Below are positions 1 to 9,265 of a DNA stretch of 38,522 nt, in pieces. The translations under genes and the position numbers were made by a program. Under the pieces are notes generated by a model. The model saw nothing but the letters and a program-made list of their open reading frames with translations, searched no databases and was not told the DNA's origin. This DNA comes from Thermoplasmata archaeon (GTDB taxonomy: Archaea > Thermoplasmatota > Thermoplasmata > RBG-16-68-12 > JAGMCJ01). Within the stretch, counting starts at the first letter, position 1. Every line of letters begins with the position of its first letter. The stretch is from contig JAGMAI010000030.1 in NCBI GenBank assembly GCA_023130895.1, forward strand, positions 1 through 38,522, in the 5' to 3' direction.

Positions 1-39
1 ACCTCCAAGGAGCTCACCAGGTGGTCATACCCGCTCGGC

Positions 40-1326
40 TTATTGAGTTTTCGCCGTGATGACCTCCATCCCCTTCATGTAGGGCCTGAGGGCCTTCGGG
101 ACAGTGACGGACCCGTCCGCGGTCTGGTTGTTCTCGAGTATGGCGACGAGCGTTCTGGACGTCGCGAGAGCGGTGCTGTTGAGCGTGTGCAGGACCCGCT
201 TCTCCCCGCCCACCTTGCCGACTCGGATGCGCAACCGGCGGGCCTGATAGTCCGTGCAGTTGGAGCAGGAGACGACCTCGACGTATTTCTTCTGGCGGGG
301 CGACCAGGCCTCGATGTCGTACTTCTTGGCGGCGACCGTGCCGATGTCGCCCGTGCAGTCGTTCACGACGCGGTACGGTATCTCAAGCATCTGGTGCAGG
401 TCCTCGGCGTTCTTCAGCAGCTCCTCGTGGTACGTCCACGAGTCCTTGGGGGTGGAGAAGATGAACTGTTCGACTTTGTTGAACTGGTGCATGCGGAAGA
501 GACCGCGGGTGTCCACGCCGCGGGAGCCGATCTCCCGCCTGAAGTTGGTGCTGAACCCCGCGTACTTGAGCGGGAGCTTGTCCTCGTCAAGGATCTCGCC
601 CTGGTACATCGCCGCTATCGGGTGCTCCGACGTGGCGATGAGGTAGAGGTCCTCGCCCTCTATCTTGTACATGACGGACTCGAAGTCCTCGAGGTCGGTT
701 ACACCTTCGTAGGGCTCCCGCCTGATCATGAACGGCGGCTCGACCGGTGTGTATCCCCGCTCGATGAGCAGGTCGAGCGCGAAGTTGATGAGCGCCTGGT
801 CCATCTGCACTAGCGGCCCCATCATGTAGAGGAAGCCCGCGCCGGCGACCTTGCGGGCCCGCTCGAAGTCCGCCATGCCCAGCGATTCCAGCAGTTCGCC
901 GTGGCTCTTCGGTTCGAAGTCCTTCGCGGAGATATCGCCCCAATTGCTGACCTCGAGGTTGTCGCTGTCGTCCGCGCCGACGGGCACGGACTCGTGAAGG
1001 ATGTTGGGCAGCCGCATGAGGCCCTGCCTGACACTGGCTTCCAGCTCCTTCCGCTTGTCCTCCAGCTTCTCCAGCTCTTTCGGAAGCTCCGAGGCGCGCT
1101 GCAGCTCCGCGGAGGCGTCCTTGCCCTCCCTCTTCAGCTCCGAGATCCTCTTCGAGACGACATTCCTTTCGTGCTTGAGCTTGTTCGCCTCTTCGACGAC
1201 CTGCCTCCACTCCTTGTCCATGGAGATGACCTTCTCGAGAAGCTCCAACTTCTCCTCGTCTCTCCTCTTGGCCAGGTTGTCTCTGACTGCCCCAGGGTTC
1301 TCTCGGATCTGCTTGATGTCCAACAT
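40..1326 (-). CDS. serS: Seryl-tRNA synthetase
   Basis: N-terminal coiled-coil arm (MLDIKQIREN...), LIATSE, motif 2 FRRE..GLFRMHQFNKVE, EVVSCSNCTDYQARRL, HTLNSTALA. ATG at 1326 preferred over GTG at 1338 because a BRE/TATA-like AAAAAGCATTAAA on the minus strand near 1353-1365 implies a leaderless start. Confidence 0.97.
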   Translation of the reverse strand: MLDIKQIRENPGAVRDNLAKRRDEEKLELLEKVISMDKEWRQVVEEANKLKHERNVVSKRISELKREGKDASAELQRASELPKELEKLEDKRKELEASVRQGLMRLPNILHESVPVGADDSDNLEVSNWGDISAKDFEPKSHGELLESLGMADFERARKVAGAGFLYMMGPLVQMDQALINFALDLLIERGYTPVEPPFMIRREPYEGVTDLEDFESVMYKIEGEDLYLIATSEHPIAAMYQGEILDEDKLPLKYAGFSTNFRREIGSRGVDTRGLFRMHQFNKVEQFIFSTPKDSWTYHEELLKNAEDLHQMLEIPYRVVNDCTGDIGTVAAKKYDIEAWSPRQKKYVEVVSCSNCTDYQARRLRIRVGKVGGEKRVLHTLNSTALATSRTLVAILENNQTADGSVTVPKALRPYMKGMEVITAKTQ

Positions 1327-1389
1327 TCGGTTGACCACATGCGGGCGGTTGGTTTAATGCTTTTTGGCGAGTGGGGGGAGAGGCGGGCA

Positions 1390-1925
1390 CCGAAACGCTT
1401 ATCAATGACTTGCTGACGCCCGGGAACGGAGTTGAAACGGAGTGGGTACGGAGTGGGTACGGAGGGGAAACGGAGTGGGTCTATAGAACACTAGGAGAAC
1501 ACTTACAGGAAGATAGGAGCGACATTACAGAGAGTTAGGAGAGACATAGGAGAAAAACGACCGAAACGCTTAAGAGCACTTGTCAAGGCCTCCTAAGCAG
1601 AGCCGAAGCGGAGTGGGTGTGGAGGGGAAGTGGAGGAGAAGCGGAGGATCACTAGTGAGACATAGGAGAAACAGTGGAGAAGCACTGGAGGCAAAGGCTT
1701 AAGAGGGGTAGCAAGGGGGCTCGGAGCTCATTCTATCACGGAGACACAGCGAATAGCAAGGATCCTGCAAGGAATAGCAAGGGAGGAGCAAGGTTTCGGC
1801 AAGGAACCAGCAAGCGACCTGCAAGGATCTAGCAAGGATTCGGCAAGGATGTCCCTGGTATGTATATGGTAGGTCCCTAGGATGTCACAGGAAACCTAGG
1901 CGGGACCTTAGGATTTGCCTATGAT
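1390..1925 (+). repeat. Three arrays of degenerate 11-bp-period purine-rich units (NNGGAG / GCAAGG cores), each preceded by a BRE-TATA-like element
   Basis: ACGGAG at 1426,1437,1448,1459,1470, then TAGGAG/TTACAG at 1492,1503,1514,1525,1536,1547. Second array has units at 1597-1685 every 11 bp. GCAAG at 1756,1767,1777,1788,1799,1810,1821,1832,1843. CCGAAACGCTTA at 1390 and 1561; GCAAAGGCTTAAG at 1691. Confidence 0.9.
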
Positions 1926-2030
1926 TTGTCACGGGTGAACGGATTCAGCCTGCTCATGCGTATCGTTTCTGTCCCCCGCGGCAACCATTATAAGCCCGAA
2001 CGCAGCTTATCAAACAGGTCGTGGAGGAAG

Positions 2031-5000
2031 ATGAGGAAGTCCATCCTGATGGCACTTCTGGTTTTCATGTCAATGTTCACAGTGGTGATGATTCTTCCAG
2101 AGACAGCGAGGGCCACCACGCTCTTCGTAGGTGGGACGGGTCCGGGCAACTACACGACGATACAAGCGGCGATAGACGCCGCGGTCCCTGGGGATACGGT
2201 GTATGTCTACAATGAGACGTACTATGAGCATGTTGCCCTGAACAAGACCTTGTCGCTGGTCGGGGAGGACAGGAACGCGACAGTATTGGACGGGAGCGGG
2301 ACCGGCGTTCCCCTCAACGTAACCGCTGACTGGGTGAATGTGACAGGATTCAACTTCACGAACAGCGGAACTGATTGGGAGGACGCGGGTCTGGAACTCT
2401 ATTCCGCGCATAACTGCAATATTTCTCACAACATCTTCCAGGACTCCATGGAGCACATAGGTCTCCTGCTTTCTGACAACAACACGATCACGTACAACGA
2501 GGTCCTGGGCCCTTTCAACGGGATCGTAGTCTCCCAGTCCTCAGACAACACGATCGTGAGGAACACCGTCTACTCGAACGGCAACATAGGCATATACGTC
2601 CCGTGGGGAGACAGCAATACGATTTCGAATAACACAGTGGTCGGCAACGACGATGGAATCATGCTTGGTGGGTGGGCCAACCACACGCTCGTTGCCGGTA
2701 ACAACATCTCCTCAAACGGAAGGTACGGTCTCGCGCTGTGGGGCGCGAGTTACAGTACGGTCCACAACAACATCATGCTCCGAAATGGTTGGGGCACCTA
2801 CCGTTATGGGATATACCTCTGGGATGCGGAAAACAACACCATCTCTCACAATGAGGTTCATGAGAGCGCGTCCATCAACATCTACCTGAACTACTCCAAC
2901 AACAACACAGTGGAGGGTAACAACGTATCTGACAGCCACTATGGTGTGAACCTCCACAATTCGGACAGTAACAACGTAGTTCGCACGAAGGCCCTGGCAA
3001 ACTCCTATGCTGGCGTTTACATTTGGCGGCTGTCCAACCATAACATGATATCGGACAGTGAGATCTCCGGCAGTAGCTTCGGGGTTTACTTTGGTGGGGC
3101 CGACAACAACACCATCAGCGACTCCAGGACATCTAACAATGAGGCTGGCATCTATCTCGATGCTTCGGATTTCAGTCAGATACTGAATTGCACGGTCCTG
3201 AGCAACGGTGGCGGCATCAGCGTCCGCGAATCCTACAACACAACGATCAGGGAAAGCAATGTCTCACTCAGTGATAGCATGGGATTGTACGTGACATCCT
3301 CCAACAACACGCTCATCTCGAACAACACTGTTCTTCAGAACGGACACGATGGCATTGGCATATACTTCTCGGGGGACGGTGAGATTACGAACAACACACT
3401 CAGCTCCAACTGGGCGTCCGGGATTGGGCTGTCATACTCAGAGCGCGTGACGATACATGACAACGTGCTAGTTGATGACGGCATAGGCATCGGCGGGAAT
3501 AGACTTTCAGATTTCAATTCCCATGTCATCAGCACCACGAACGCTGCCAATGGCAAGCCGATTCGCTACTGGAAGAACGTCACAGGAGGCATCGTTCCAG
3601 CGGATGCAGGTCAAGTCATACTTGCGAACTGCACAGGTGTCCGCGTGGAAAACCAGAATATCAGTGACGCCGATTATGGTGTTCAGCTGGGTGTTTCCTC
3701 CGGGAACATTGTCCGCGCCAACAATGTCTCTTCCAACGACTGGTACGGCATAAGTCTCACTTACTCCTACGCGAATTCCGTCGAGAACAACACCGCAAAC
3801 GGCAATAGGCAAGGCCTGCGCTTGCACCATTCCAATGGGAATGCAGTCACCGGCAGCAACGCCTCTTGGAATAGCTGGGACGGGATTCATTTGTACGAAT
3901 CCGATGGCAATGCCCTCTCATCGAACAACTTCTCGTTCAATGATGTCGGGATAGATCTCTACTGGTCCAGCGCGGACATCCTTTCGGATAACGTGATGTT
4001 CGAGGACGGGATCCTCATCTGGGGAAGCTCGATAGAGCACTGGAACACGCATGACATTGACACCACCAACACTGTCAATGGGAACCCTGTCCATTACTGG
4101 AAGAACGCCACAGGAGGGTCAGTTCCGTCTGATGCTGGCGAGGTCATACTTGCCAACTGCTCCAATGTCAGCGTTGGTGGGCAGAACGTGAACAACGGGT
4201 CGGTGGGTATTCTGCTCGGCTTCTCGGCGAATAACGACATTGCAGGAAACACCGCATCATCCAACAAACTGTACGGCGTCCATATGTACCGCTCGGACCT
4301 TAACACGCTCAGCGACAACAACATCTCCTACAACCAATGGGGGATTCATCTCTATTCATCAGTTCAGAATACCATCGCCAGAAACGAGGTATACCGGAAT
4401 AAAATGGGAATGGGAATCCGAGCGGACTCCAACAACAACACAGTCGACCTCAACATAGTCTCGGAGAGTCAGCAATACGGTATCGGAACGAGCTATTCTC
4501 GGGACAACATCATTGTTGGCAATGACGTGTTGCGCAACCGCCAAGGCATATCGATTTCCATGTCGAGCGGCACAAGGGTCTACCACAACAACATCATCGA
4601 CAACACTTTCCAGGCGGGCGACAACACTGACTCAAATCAATGGGATGATGGCTATCCGTCTGGCGGAAATTACTGGAGTGATTACGCTGGAGTGGATGTG
4701 ATGAGCGGTCCCGATCAGGACCAGCCTGGTAGCGACGGAATCGGGGACACACCGTACAACGTGGATGCTGACACCCAAGATCGGTACCCCCTGATGGACC
4801 CCTTCGGAGTACCAAGGACGAGACCGCCGAAGGTCCTAGACGCGGTTCTGAGTGGAGCGGACTTTGAGAATGTCACGATCTCATGGGCGCTATCTCCCGA
4901 CGATGGTCTAGGTCTGAACTCTGTTGTCGGATACCATATACTCAGAAACACGACCTACGACCGTAGTGGTTTCGACTATCAGTTGATTTCCACCCTACCC

Positions 5001-5618
5001 AATGGAACCAATTCCTTCGTTGACACCTATGCCGGAGAGGGCGACCCCAATGATTACTTCTACATCATATGCGCGCTGGACTCGAACAACACGACCTCAT
5101 GCTCCGAGGATCAGGCGGGGAAGTTCACCCGCCCGTTGCTCACTGGTCCCAATCTAGTGTCCATACCTCTCGTCCAGTCGGACACGCGCGTGGAGAATGT
5201 CCTCCAGACCGCAACGTTCGACATGACCTGGACATACCGGCCCTACGATCCGAATGACAAGTGGAAGTACTATATGCCCTTCAAGCCGTACAAGGGGGAC
5301 CTGAGCTGGTTGAACCATACCCAGGGGTTCTGGATCAACGCGACCGAGGAATGCAATCTCACGGTGGCTGGACTGGTTCCGCTCAGGACAAGCATCCAGC
5401 TCTACAGCGGGTGGAATCTTGTCGGATTCCCCTCATTCGATGCCTCTTTCATGCTGTCAGACCTCCGGGCAAGCGTCGCAGTTGATCGAGCTGAGGCGTT
5501 TGACCCCTCGGCACCTCCACACTTCTTGAGAATCATGCAGGACTCCGACGAGTTCTCTGCGGGCGACGGCTATTGGGTCAAGGTGACGGGGGATACGCTC
5601 TGGATGGTAGATGTATGA
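2031..5618 (+). CDS. Secreted NosD/CASH-type right-handed parallel beta-helix repeat protein with an Fn3-like domain and a C-terminal GxNLV(S/G)xP..GYWV domain
   Basis: Signal peptide MRKSILMALLVF...ARA; GNYTTIQAAIDAA motif; many SNNNTI..N/GI.L repeats; GGNYWSDY..DGIGDTPY..DRYPL closure. ATG 2031 has GGAGG at 2023 and a TATA (CATTATAA) near 1986. Confidence 0.9.
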   Translation: MRKSILMALLVFMSMFTVVMILPETARATTLFVGGTGPGNYTTIQAAIDAAVPGDTVYVYNETYYEHVALNKTLSLVGEDRNATVLDGSGTGVPLNVTADWVNVTGFNFTNSGTDWEDAGLELYSAHNCNISHNIFQDSMEHIGLLLSDNNTITYNEVLGPFNGIVVSQSSDNTIVRNTVYSNGNIGIYVPWGDSNTISNNTVVGNDDGIMLGGWANHTLVAGNNISSNGRYGLALWGASYSTVHNNIMLRNGWGTYRYGIYLWDAENNTISHNEVHESASINIYLNYSNNNTVEGNNVSDSHYGVNLHNSDSNNVVRTKALANSYAGVYIWRLSNHNMISDSEISGSSFGVYFGGADNNTISDSRTSNNEAGIYLDASDFSQILNCTVLSNGGGISVRESYNTTIRESNVSLSDSMGLYVTSSNNTLISNNTVLQNGHDGIGIYFSGDGEITNNTLSSNWASGIGLSYSERVTIHDNVLVDDGIGIGGNRLSDFNSHVISTTNAANGKPIRYWKNVTGGIVPADAGQVILANCTGVRVENQNISDADYGVQLGVSSGNIVRANNVSSNDWYGISLTYSYANSVENNTANGNRQGLRLHHSNGNAVTGSNASWNSWDGIHLYESDGNALSSNNFSFNDVGIDLYWSSADILSDNVMFEDGILIWGSSIEHWNTHDIDTTNTVNGNPVHYWKNATGGSVPSDAGEVILANCSNVSVGGQNVNNGSVGILLGFSANNDIAGNTASSNKLYGVHMYRSDLNTLSDNNISYNQWGIHLYSSVQNTIARNEVYRNKMGMGIRADSNNNTVDLNIVSESQQYGIGTSYSRDNIIVGNDVLRNRQGISISMSSGTRVYHNNIIDNTFQAGDNTDSNQWDDGYPSGGNYWSDYAGVDVMSGPDQDQPGSDGIGDTPYNVDADTQDRYPLMDPFGVPRTRPPKVLDAVLSGADFENVTISWALSPDDGLGLNSVVGYHILRNTTYDRSGFDYQLISTLPNGTNSFVDTYAGEGDPNDYFYIICALDSNNTTSCSEDQAGKFTRPLLTGPNLVSIPLVQSDTRVENVLQTATFDMTWTYRPYDPNDKWKYYMPFKPYKGDLSWLNHTQGFWINATEECNLTVAGLVPLRTSIQLYSGWNLVGFPSFDASFMLSDLRASVAVDRAEAFDPSAPPHFLRIMQDSDEFSAGDGYWVKVTGDTLWMVDV

Positions 5619-5634
5619 CCTTCCGGACGATTGC

Positions 5635-5762
5635 CGAAAGAGTCGGTCATCTGATCTGGTCCCGCTATTCCTGCTCCAGGTCATGCTTACCGTCACCCTC
5701 CTTCCACGGAGGGTGAGAGCGAGAACGCTTTGTGTCGAGGACTTGCCCGGGAACGTGACTAA
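5635..5762 (+). pseudogene. Probable decayed N-terminal fragment of a second NosD-type paralog
   Basis: RKSRSSDLVPLFLLQVMLTVTLLPRRVRARTLCVEDLPGNVT aligns by eye with MRKSILMALLVFMSMFTVVMILPETARATTLFVGGTGPGNYT of the upstream gene; similarity then stops. Confidence 0.55.
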
Positions 5763-5787
5763 GGGCGAAGTCGAGCTTTGGCACCGC

Positions 5788-8610
5788 CTACTTCTTCCGT
5801 CCCCTTCGATATTCTGGCGGTAAGCCTCTTACCACCCGGATCAGTCCGAGAATGACTATGGTCGACAAGAGGAGCACGATGAGTAGCAACGATATATCCG
5901 AAGAGACCGCTCCCGACACGGGAGGGTCTTGAGCAGGAGAGAGTTCGACGACGACGATCTCAGCCATTCCCATGCCCGACTCATATTCCTCCAGCTCGAC
6001 GTTCGCAATGATGTTGAACCTGAGATAGTCGATTCCTTCTCCGATCACTGAAGGCGATTCGACAATCACTCCCTTGATGAAGCCGCCCACCGTCGTTCCC
6101 GTGCTCGGCTCAAGTACCAGTCCCTCTGGAAAGCAGGTGAGGTTGACCGTCACACCATCTAGATGCACCCCCTTCTGGTCGGTAACCTCCACTCTCAATG
6201 GCAGTGAATAGCCAATCGGGACCACGTCCCCCGCTTCCATCTGTATCTCGACTGAGAGGAACTGCTTCTCCCTCGGGAAGACCGTGATGTACGCCATTGC
6301 TGTCTTGGAGGTCCTGTATCCGGACTTGGCGTCCGCGGTGATCGCCACCGTCAGCTTCTCCAGGTCGCCCACGTCAGGTGCTTCATATACAGCAGCGATG
6401 GCTCCGCTGATATCCGTCATGCCTGATACGCACAGACCTCTCTTTTCGCCCAGCGTGATGTTGCCAGACCGCCATGGGATAAACGCGCTAATGCAAATGT
6501 CCACCCTGACATCCGAGAGAACGCCGTAGAAGTCCTGCACGCGGACCCGGAACATCTTCGCGGACATGGCCTCCATTGCAGACGGAGCGGTGATGGTGAC
6601 GCTCATGTCCTCCACGAACGGAGGATGGATCCCAAGCAGCGTCCAGAACGACTCTCGTATGTGGGAACCCGTCAAGCCTGCCGTCCAGTTGATGAACCTG
6701 TCGATCCTGTACGCCTCGATGTTCGTCCTGTAGAAGAGCACATCGATCGGGAGCGCGTCCGCGAGCAGGCCAGAGGCCTCTTTGATAAGTCTCATCTGCT
6801 CGGATACATTGTATTCGCTCCTCGCCTGAAGGACCAGCTGGTCGAGGGCCTCATTCTGAAAGCCCGCGTCGTTCCTGCCGTCGCGCGCCTTCCCGGAATA
6901 GAATAGCTCGTAGAAGTAATCCGGGGGGTCAGAGTTTATCTCCTCAGGGAGCAGCCACATCTGCGCCTCTCTGTTCGCAACTCTCTGAGCTACCTCTCCA
7001 TGCGGAAGCAGTTTCACGCTCACGTTGAGGCCAATCGTCCTCATGTCCGACGCAATCATCTTGGTCGAGGAGTGGCATCGTACTTCGAAGTCCGCCAGAT
7101 ATGTAATGATTTCGATCTCGTCATTCCCAATTCCCGGCAGATTCCTCCAGCCATCCGACCAGCCCAGGCCGAATCCGCCAATCGTGTAGTGGTCGTCCAG
7201 GATCTGCCCCGCCAGGTCGAGATCATAGTCGTATTTCGTGACGGATGCGTTGTACCAATTCGTGAAGGCAGGGCTCACGGGCTGGTCTCCCGCGACTGCG
7301 AAGTTCAGGAGGTGGGTCGTCACGAGTCTCCTCTTGTCGATGGCATGAGCGATCGCCTTCCTGAGATGGTATCCATCATCCCCTTGCGACGGGTCATTGT
7401 CAGGATAGCCGAACGGCGACTCCCGCATGTTGTACCCGAGATAGAAGGGGCCCTTGCTGGGCGTTGCAGTCAGATCGATGTTGGGGTCGGGCCAGAGACT
7501 CATGAAGAACTCGGGAGGTATCGAGACCATGGAGGTTACGTCAACCTCCCCCGCCTGGAGCGCCCACACTATGGATTGAACCGTTTTGTAGATCTTGAAG
7601 AGGATGCTCTCTATGTGCGGCTTGCGCAGGTAGGTGTCGCCGTCCCTGTCCGCTACGTTGGTGTGGAAGTCCTCATACCTGTCCAGCCTCACGGTGGAGC
7701 CCTCAACCCATTCGACGAACTCAAAAGGGCCGGTCCCGACGATGTGTCTGTCCTCAGGAACCCACGACCGCGCCCCGGTCATGTTGAAGGCATCGATGCT
7801 GCTGGCGGGCACGCCGTTCTCCGTCACTGGGTCGTAGGCCCGCCCGAAATCCTCATGGATGTCGACCTCCCACTCGGAACAGACGCCGCTCTGGGCCACC
7901 AGGCAGTGTTTCCCCGTGCCCTCCCAGAGGTATCGCGGATACAGTCTGAGATGGCTCAGCGTGTAGTCCACAAAGCCGAAGTAGTCTGACTGGAGTTCGA
8001 AATGGAGTGCGAAGGTCAGGTCATCGTTCTGCCCGACGGGCACGCTCTCGTTCCAGACGTCGCTGACGGGATACACCCAAAGCCATCTATCGGAGGAGTA
8101 GTTCGTTGCATCTTGGTTGCTCTCGTCCTTCAATACGTCCAGCGAGTTCCCGAACACGTCCCCCGCCCGAAGAAGGGCTTCGACATGGTAGCTGAAGAGC
8201 AGGTCCTCCTTCGTGGCCTGCACGCCGTCGTGGAAGTGCATACCATTCAGATCGTAGTATGCGGTCACCGCGCGAGGGTCGAGACCGTCTTCCTTCGTGA
8301 ATACGCCGTACTCATCGGGGTCAAGCACTCCGCTATCGTCCGCATCGACCCCCTTCAGAACGTATGGACATATCTCACTGAAGTCAGGGGAGAGCACCCC
8401 TACGGTCATGTAGACAGGGAAGAGCGCCCCTCGTGTCCAGACGTCATCTGCAGCCAGGATGTTGCTCGTGGCCATGTCGGCCTTGACCGCCACCTTGAGC
8501 GTGATGTCCTGTCTGGTCTCGGAGTGCCCGTCCGAAACTCCAATGTTCAGGCTCAAGAGGAGCATGATCGCCGTAATCAGAAATGCTGACAGCCTTCTCG
8601 CCACTCTCAC
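5788..8610 (-). CDS. ABC transporter family-5 (peptide/nickel) substrate-binding protein with C-terminal Ig-like extension and TM anchor
   Basis: Signal peptide; FHDG, GTGPFEFVEW, LQAGEVD, YLGYNMR, LRKAIAHAIDK motifs; C-terminal hydrophobic helix followed by a basic tail (RRGRKK). Confidence 0.85.
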   Translation of the reverse strand: MRVARRLSAFLITAIMLLLSLNIGVSDGHSETRQDITLKVAVKADMATSNILAADDVWTRGALFPVYMTVGVLSPDFSEICPYVLKGVDADDSGVLDPDEYGVFTKEDGLDPRAVTAYYDLNGMHFHDGVQATKEDLLFSYHVEALLRAGDVFGNSLDVLKDESNQDATNYSSDRWLWVYPVSDVWNESVPVGQNDDLTFALHFELQSDYFGFVDYTLSHLRLYPRYLWEGTGKHCLVAQSGVCSEWEVDIHEDFGRAYDPVTENGVPASSIDAFNMTGARSWVPEDRHIVGTGPFEFVEWVEGSTVRLDRYEDFHTNVADRDGDTYLRKPHIESILFKIYKTVQSIVWALQAGEVDVTSMVSIPPEFFMSLWPDPNIDLTATPSKGPFYLGYNMRESPFGYPDNDPSQGDDGYHLRKAIAHAIDKRRLVTTHLLNFAVAGDQPVSPAFTNWYNASVTKYDYDLDLAGQILDDHYTIGGFGLGWSDGWRNLPGIGNDEIEIITYLADFEVRCHSSTKMIASDMRTIGLNVSVKLLPHGEVAQRVANREAQMWLLPEEINSDPPDYFYELFYSGKARDGRNDAGFQNEALDQLVLQARSEYNVSEQMRLIKEASGLLADALPIDVLFYRTNIEAYRIDRFINWTAGLTGSHIRESFWTLLGIHPPFVEDMSVTITAPSAMEAMSAKMFRVRVQDFYGVLSDVRVDICISAFIPWRSGNITLGEKRGLCVSGMTDISGAIAAVYEAPDVGDLEKLTVAITADAKSGYRTSKTAMAYITVFPREKQFLSVEIQMEAGDVVPIGYSLPLRVEVTDQKGVHLDGVTVNLTCFPEGLVLEPSTGTTVGGFIKGVIVESPSVIGEGIDYLRFNIIANVELEEYESGMGMAEIVVVELSPAQDPPVSGAVSSDISLLLIVLLLSTIVILGLIRVVRGLPPEYRRGRKK

Positions 8611-8794
8611 AGGTTCCCCTCACACAGCCCTCAATACCTCATGGGACGTGGTCCGAAATAAGGTTATTGGTGCGGGGCTTTGTGAGAGACTTCAGCGGAT
8701 GTGTCAGCGAAGCAATCCTTCTGTGAGTGATTCCAGACAAGAGCGTCTGCATCTCCTCGACGATGACTTATATTCTCCTGACAATTAGAGAGCG

Positions 8795-9265
8795 ATGTCC
8801 TACATCGGCCACGAGAAGCACAAGCACAGGCCCGAGGAGCTCCTCACTCGAGAGGAGCGGGAGAAGGTCATGGCCAGGATCCGCTCGCTGTTCTTCTGGG
8901 TGGGGGAGACGATCCCCGATGAGGTCGAGATCTCCGGGAGAGGGGTTCCCCTGCGGGACCTGGTCCACGATTTCGTTCACAAGCGGGAACTGAGCGATGA
9001 AGAGCGGGAGGACGTCAGGGCTCTGACAAGGGACCTCCAGAAGCGGGAGAAGTTCTTCGCGCACCTGCTCGACCTGCCCGACATAACGAAGGAGGAGGCC
9101 GAGGAGATCTCTCACCGACTATTGGGGATTCTCAGGGCGATAGACGAGCTCCGCTCCCTGGAGGAAGGTCCTGAGCGGGACATCGAGAAGAGATCATTGA
9201 TGAAGAAGATCGAGGACGAGAAGAGGTGGCTGAAGTACACGAAAGGGCTCAGAACGCAGATCTAG
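8795..9265 (+). CDS. Conserved archaeal helical protein (DUF5788-like)
   Basis: EREKVMARI....WVGETIPDEVEI.G..VPLRDLV pattern resembles DUF5788 family members as recalled; not verified by search. Confidence 0.6.
   Translation: MSYIGHEKHKHRPEELLTREEREKVMARIRSLFFWVGETIPDEVEISGRGVPLRDLVHDFVHKRELSDEEREDVRALTRDLQKREKFFAHLLDLPDITKEEAEEISHRLLGILRAIDELRSLEEGPERDIEKRSLMKKIEDEKRWLKYTKGLRTQI

Noticed and set aside
1420-1925. CRISPR array or replication origin
   Set aside because: Period is 11 bp with drifting sequence and no repeat-spacer structure; no cas or cdc6/orc gene, AT-rich unwinding element or recognisable ORB box in view.
1926-2030. TTG start of the NosD-like gene from the ORF track
   Set aside because: TATA, SD and signal peptide all point to ATG 2031.
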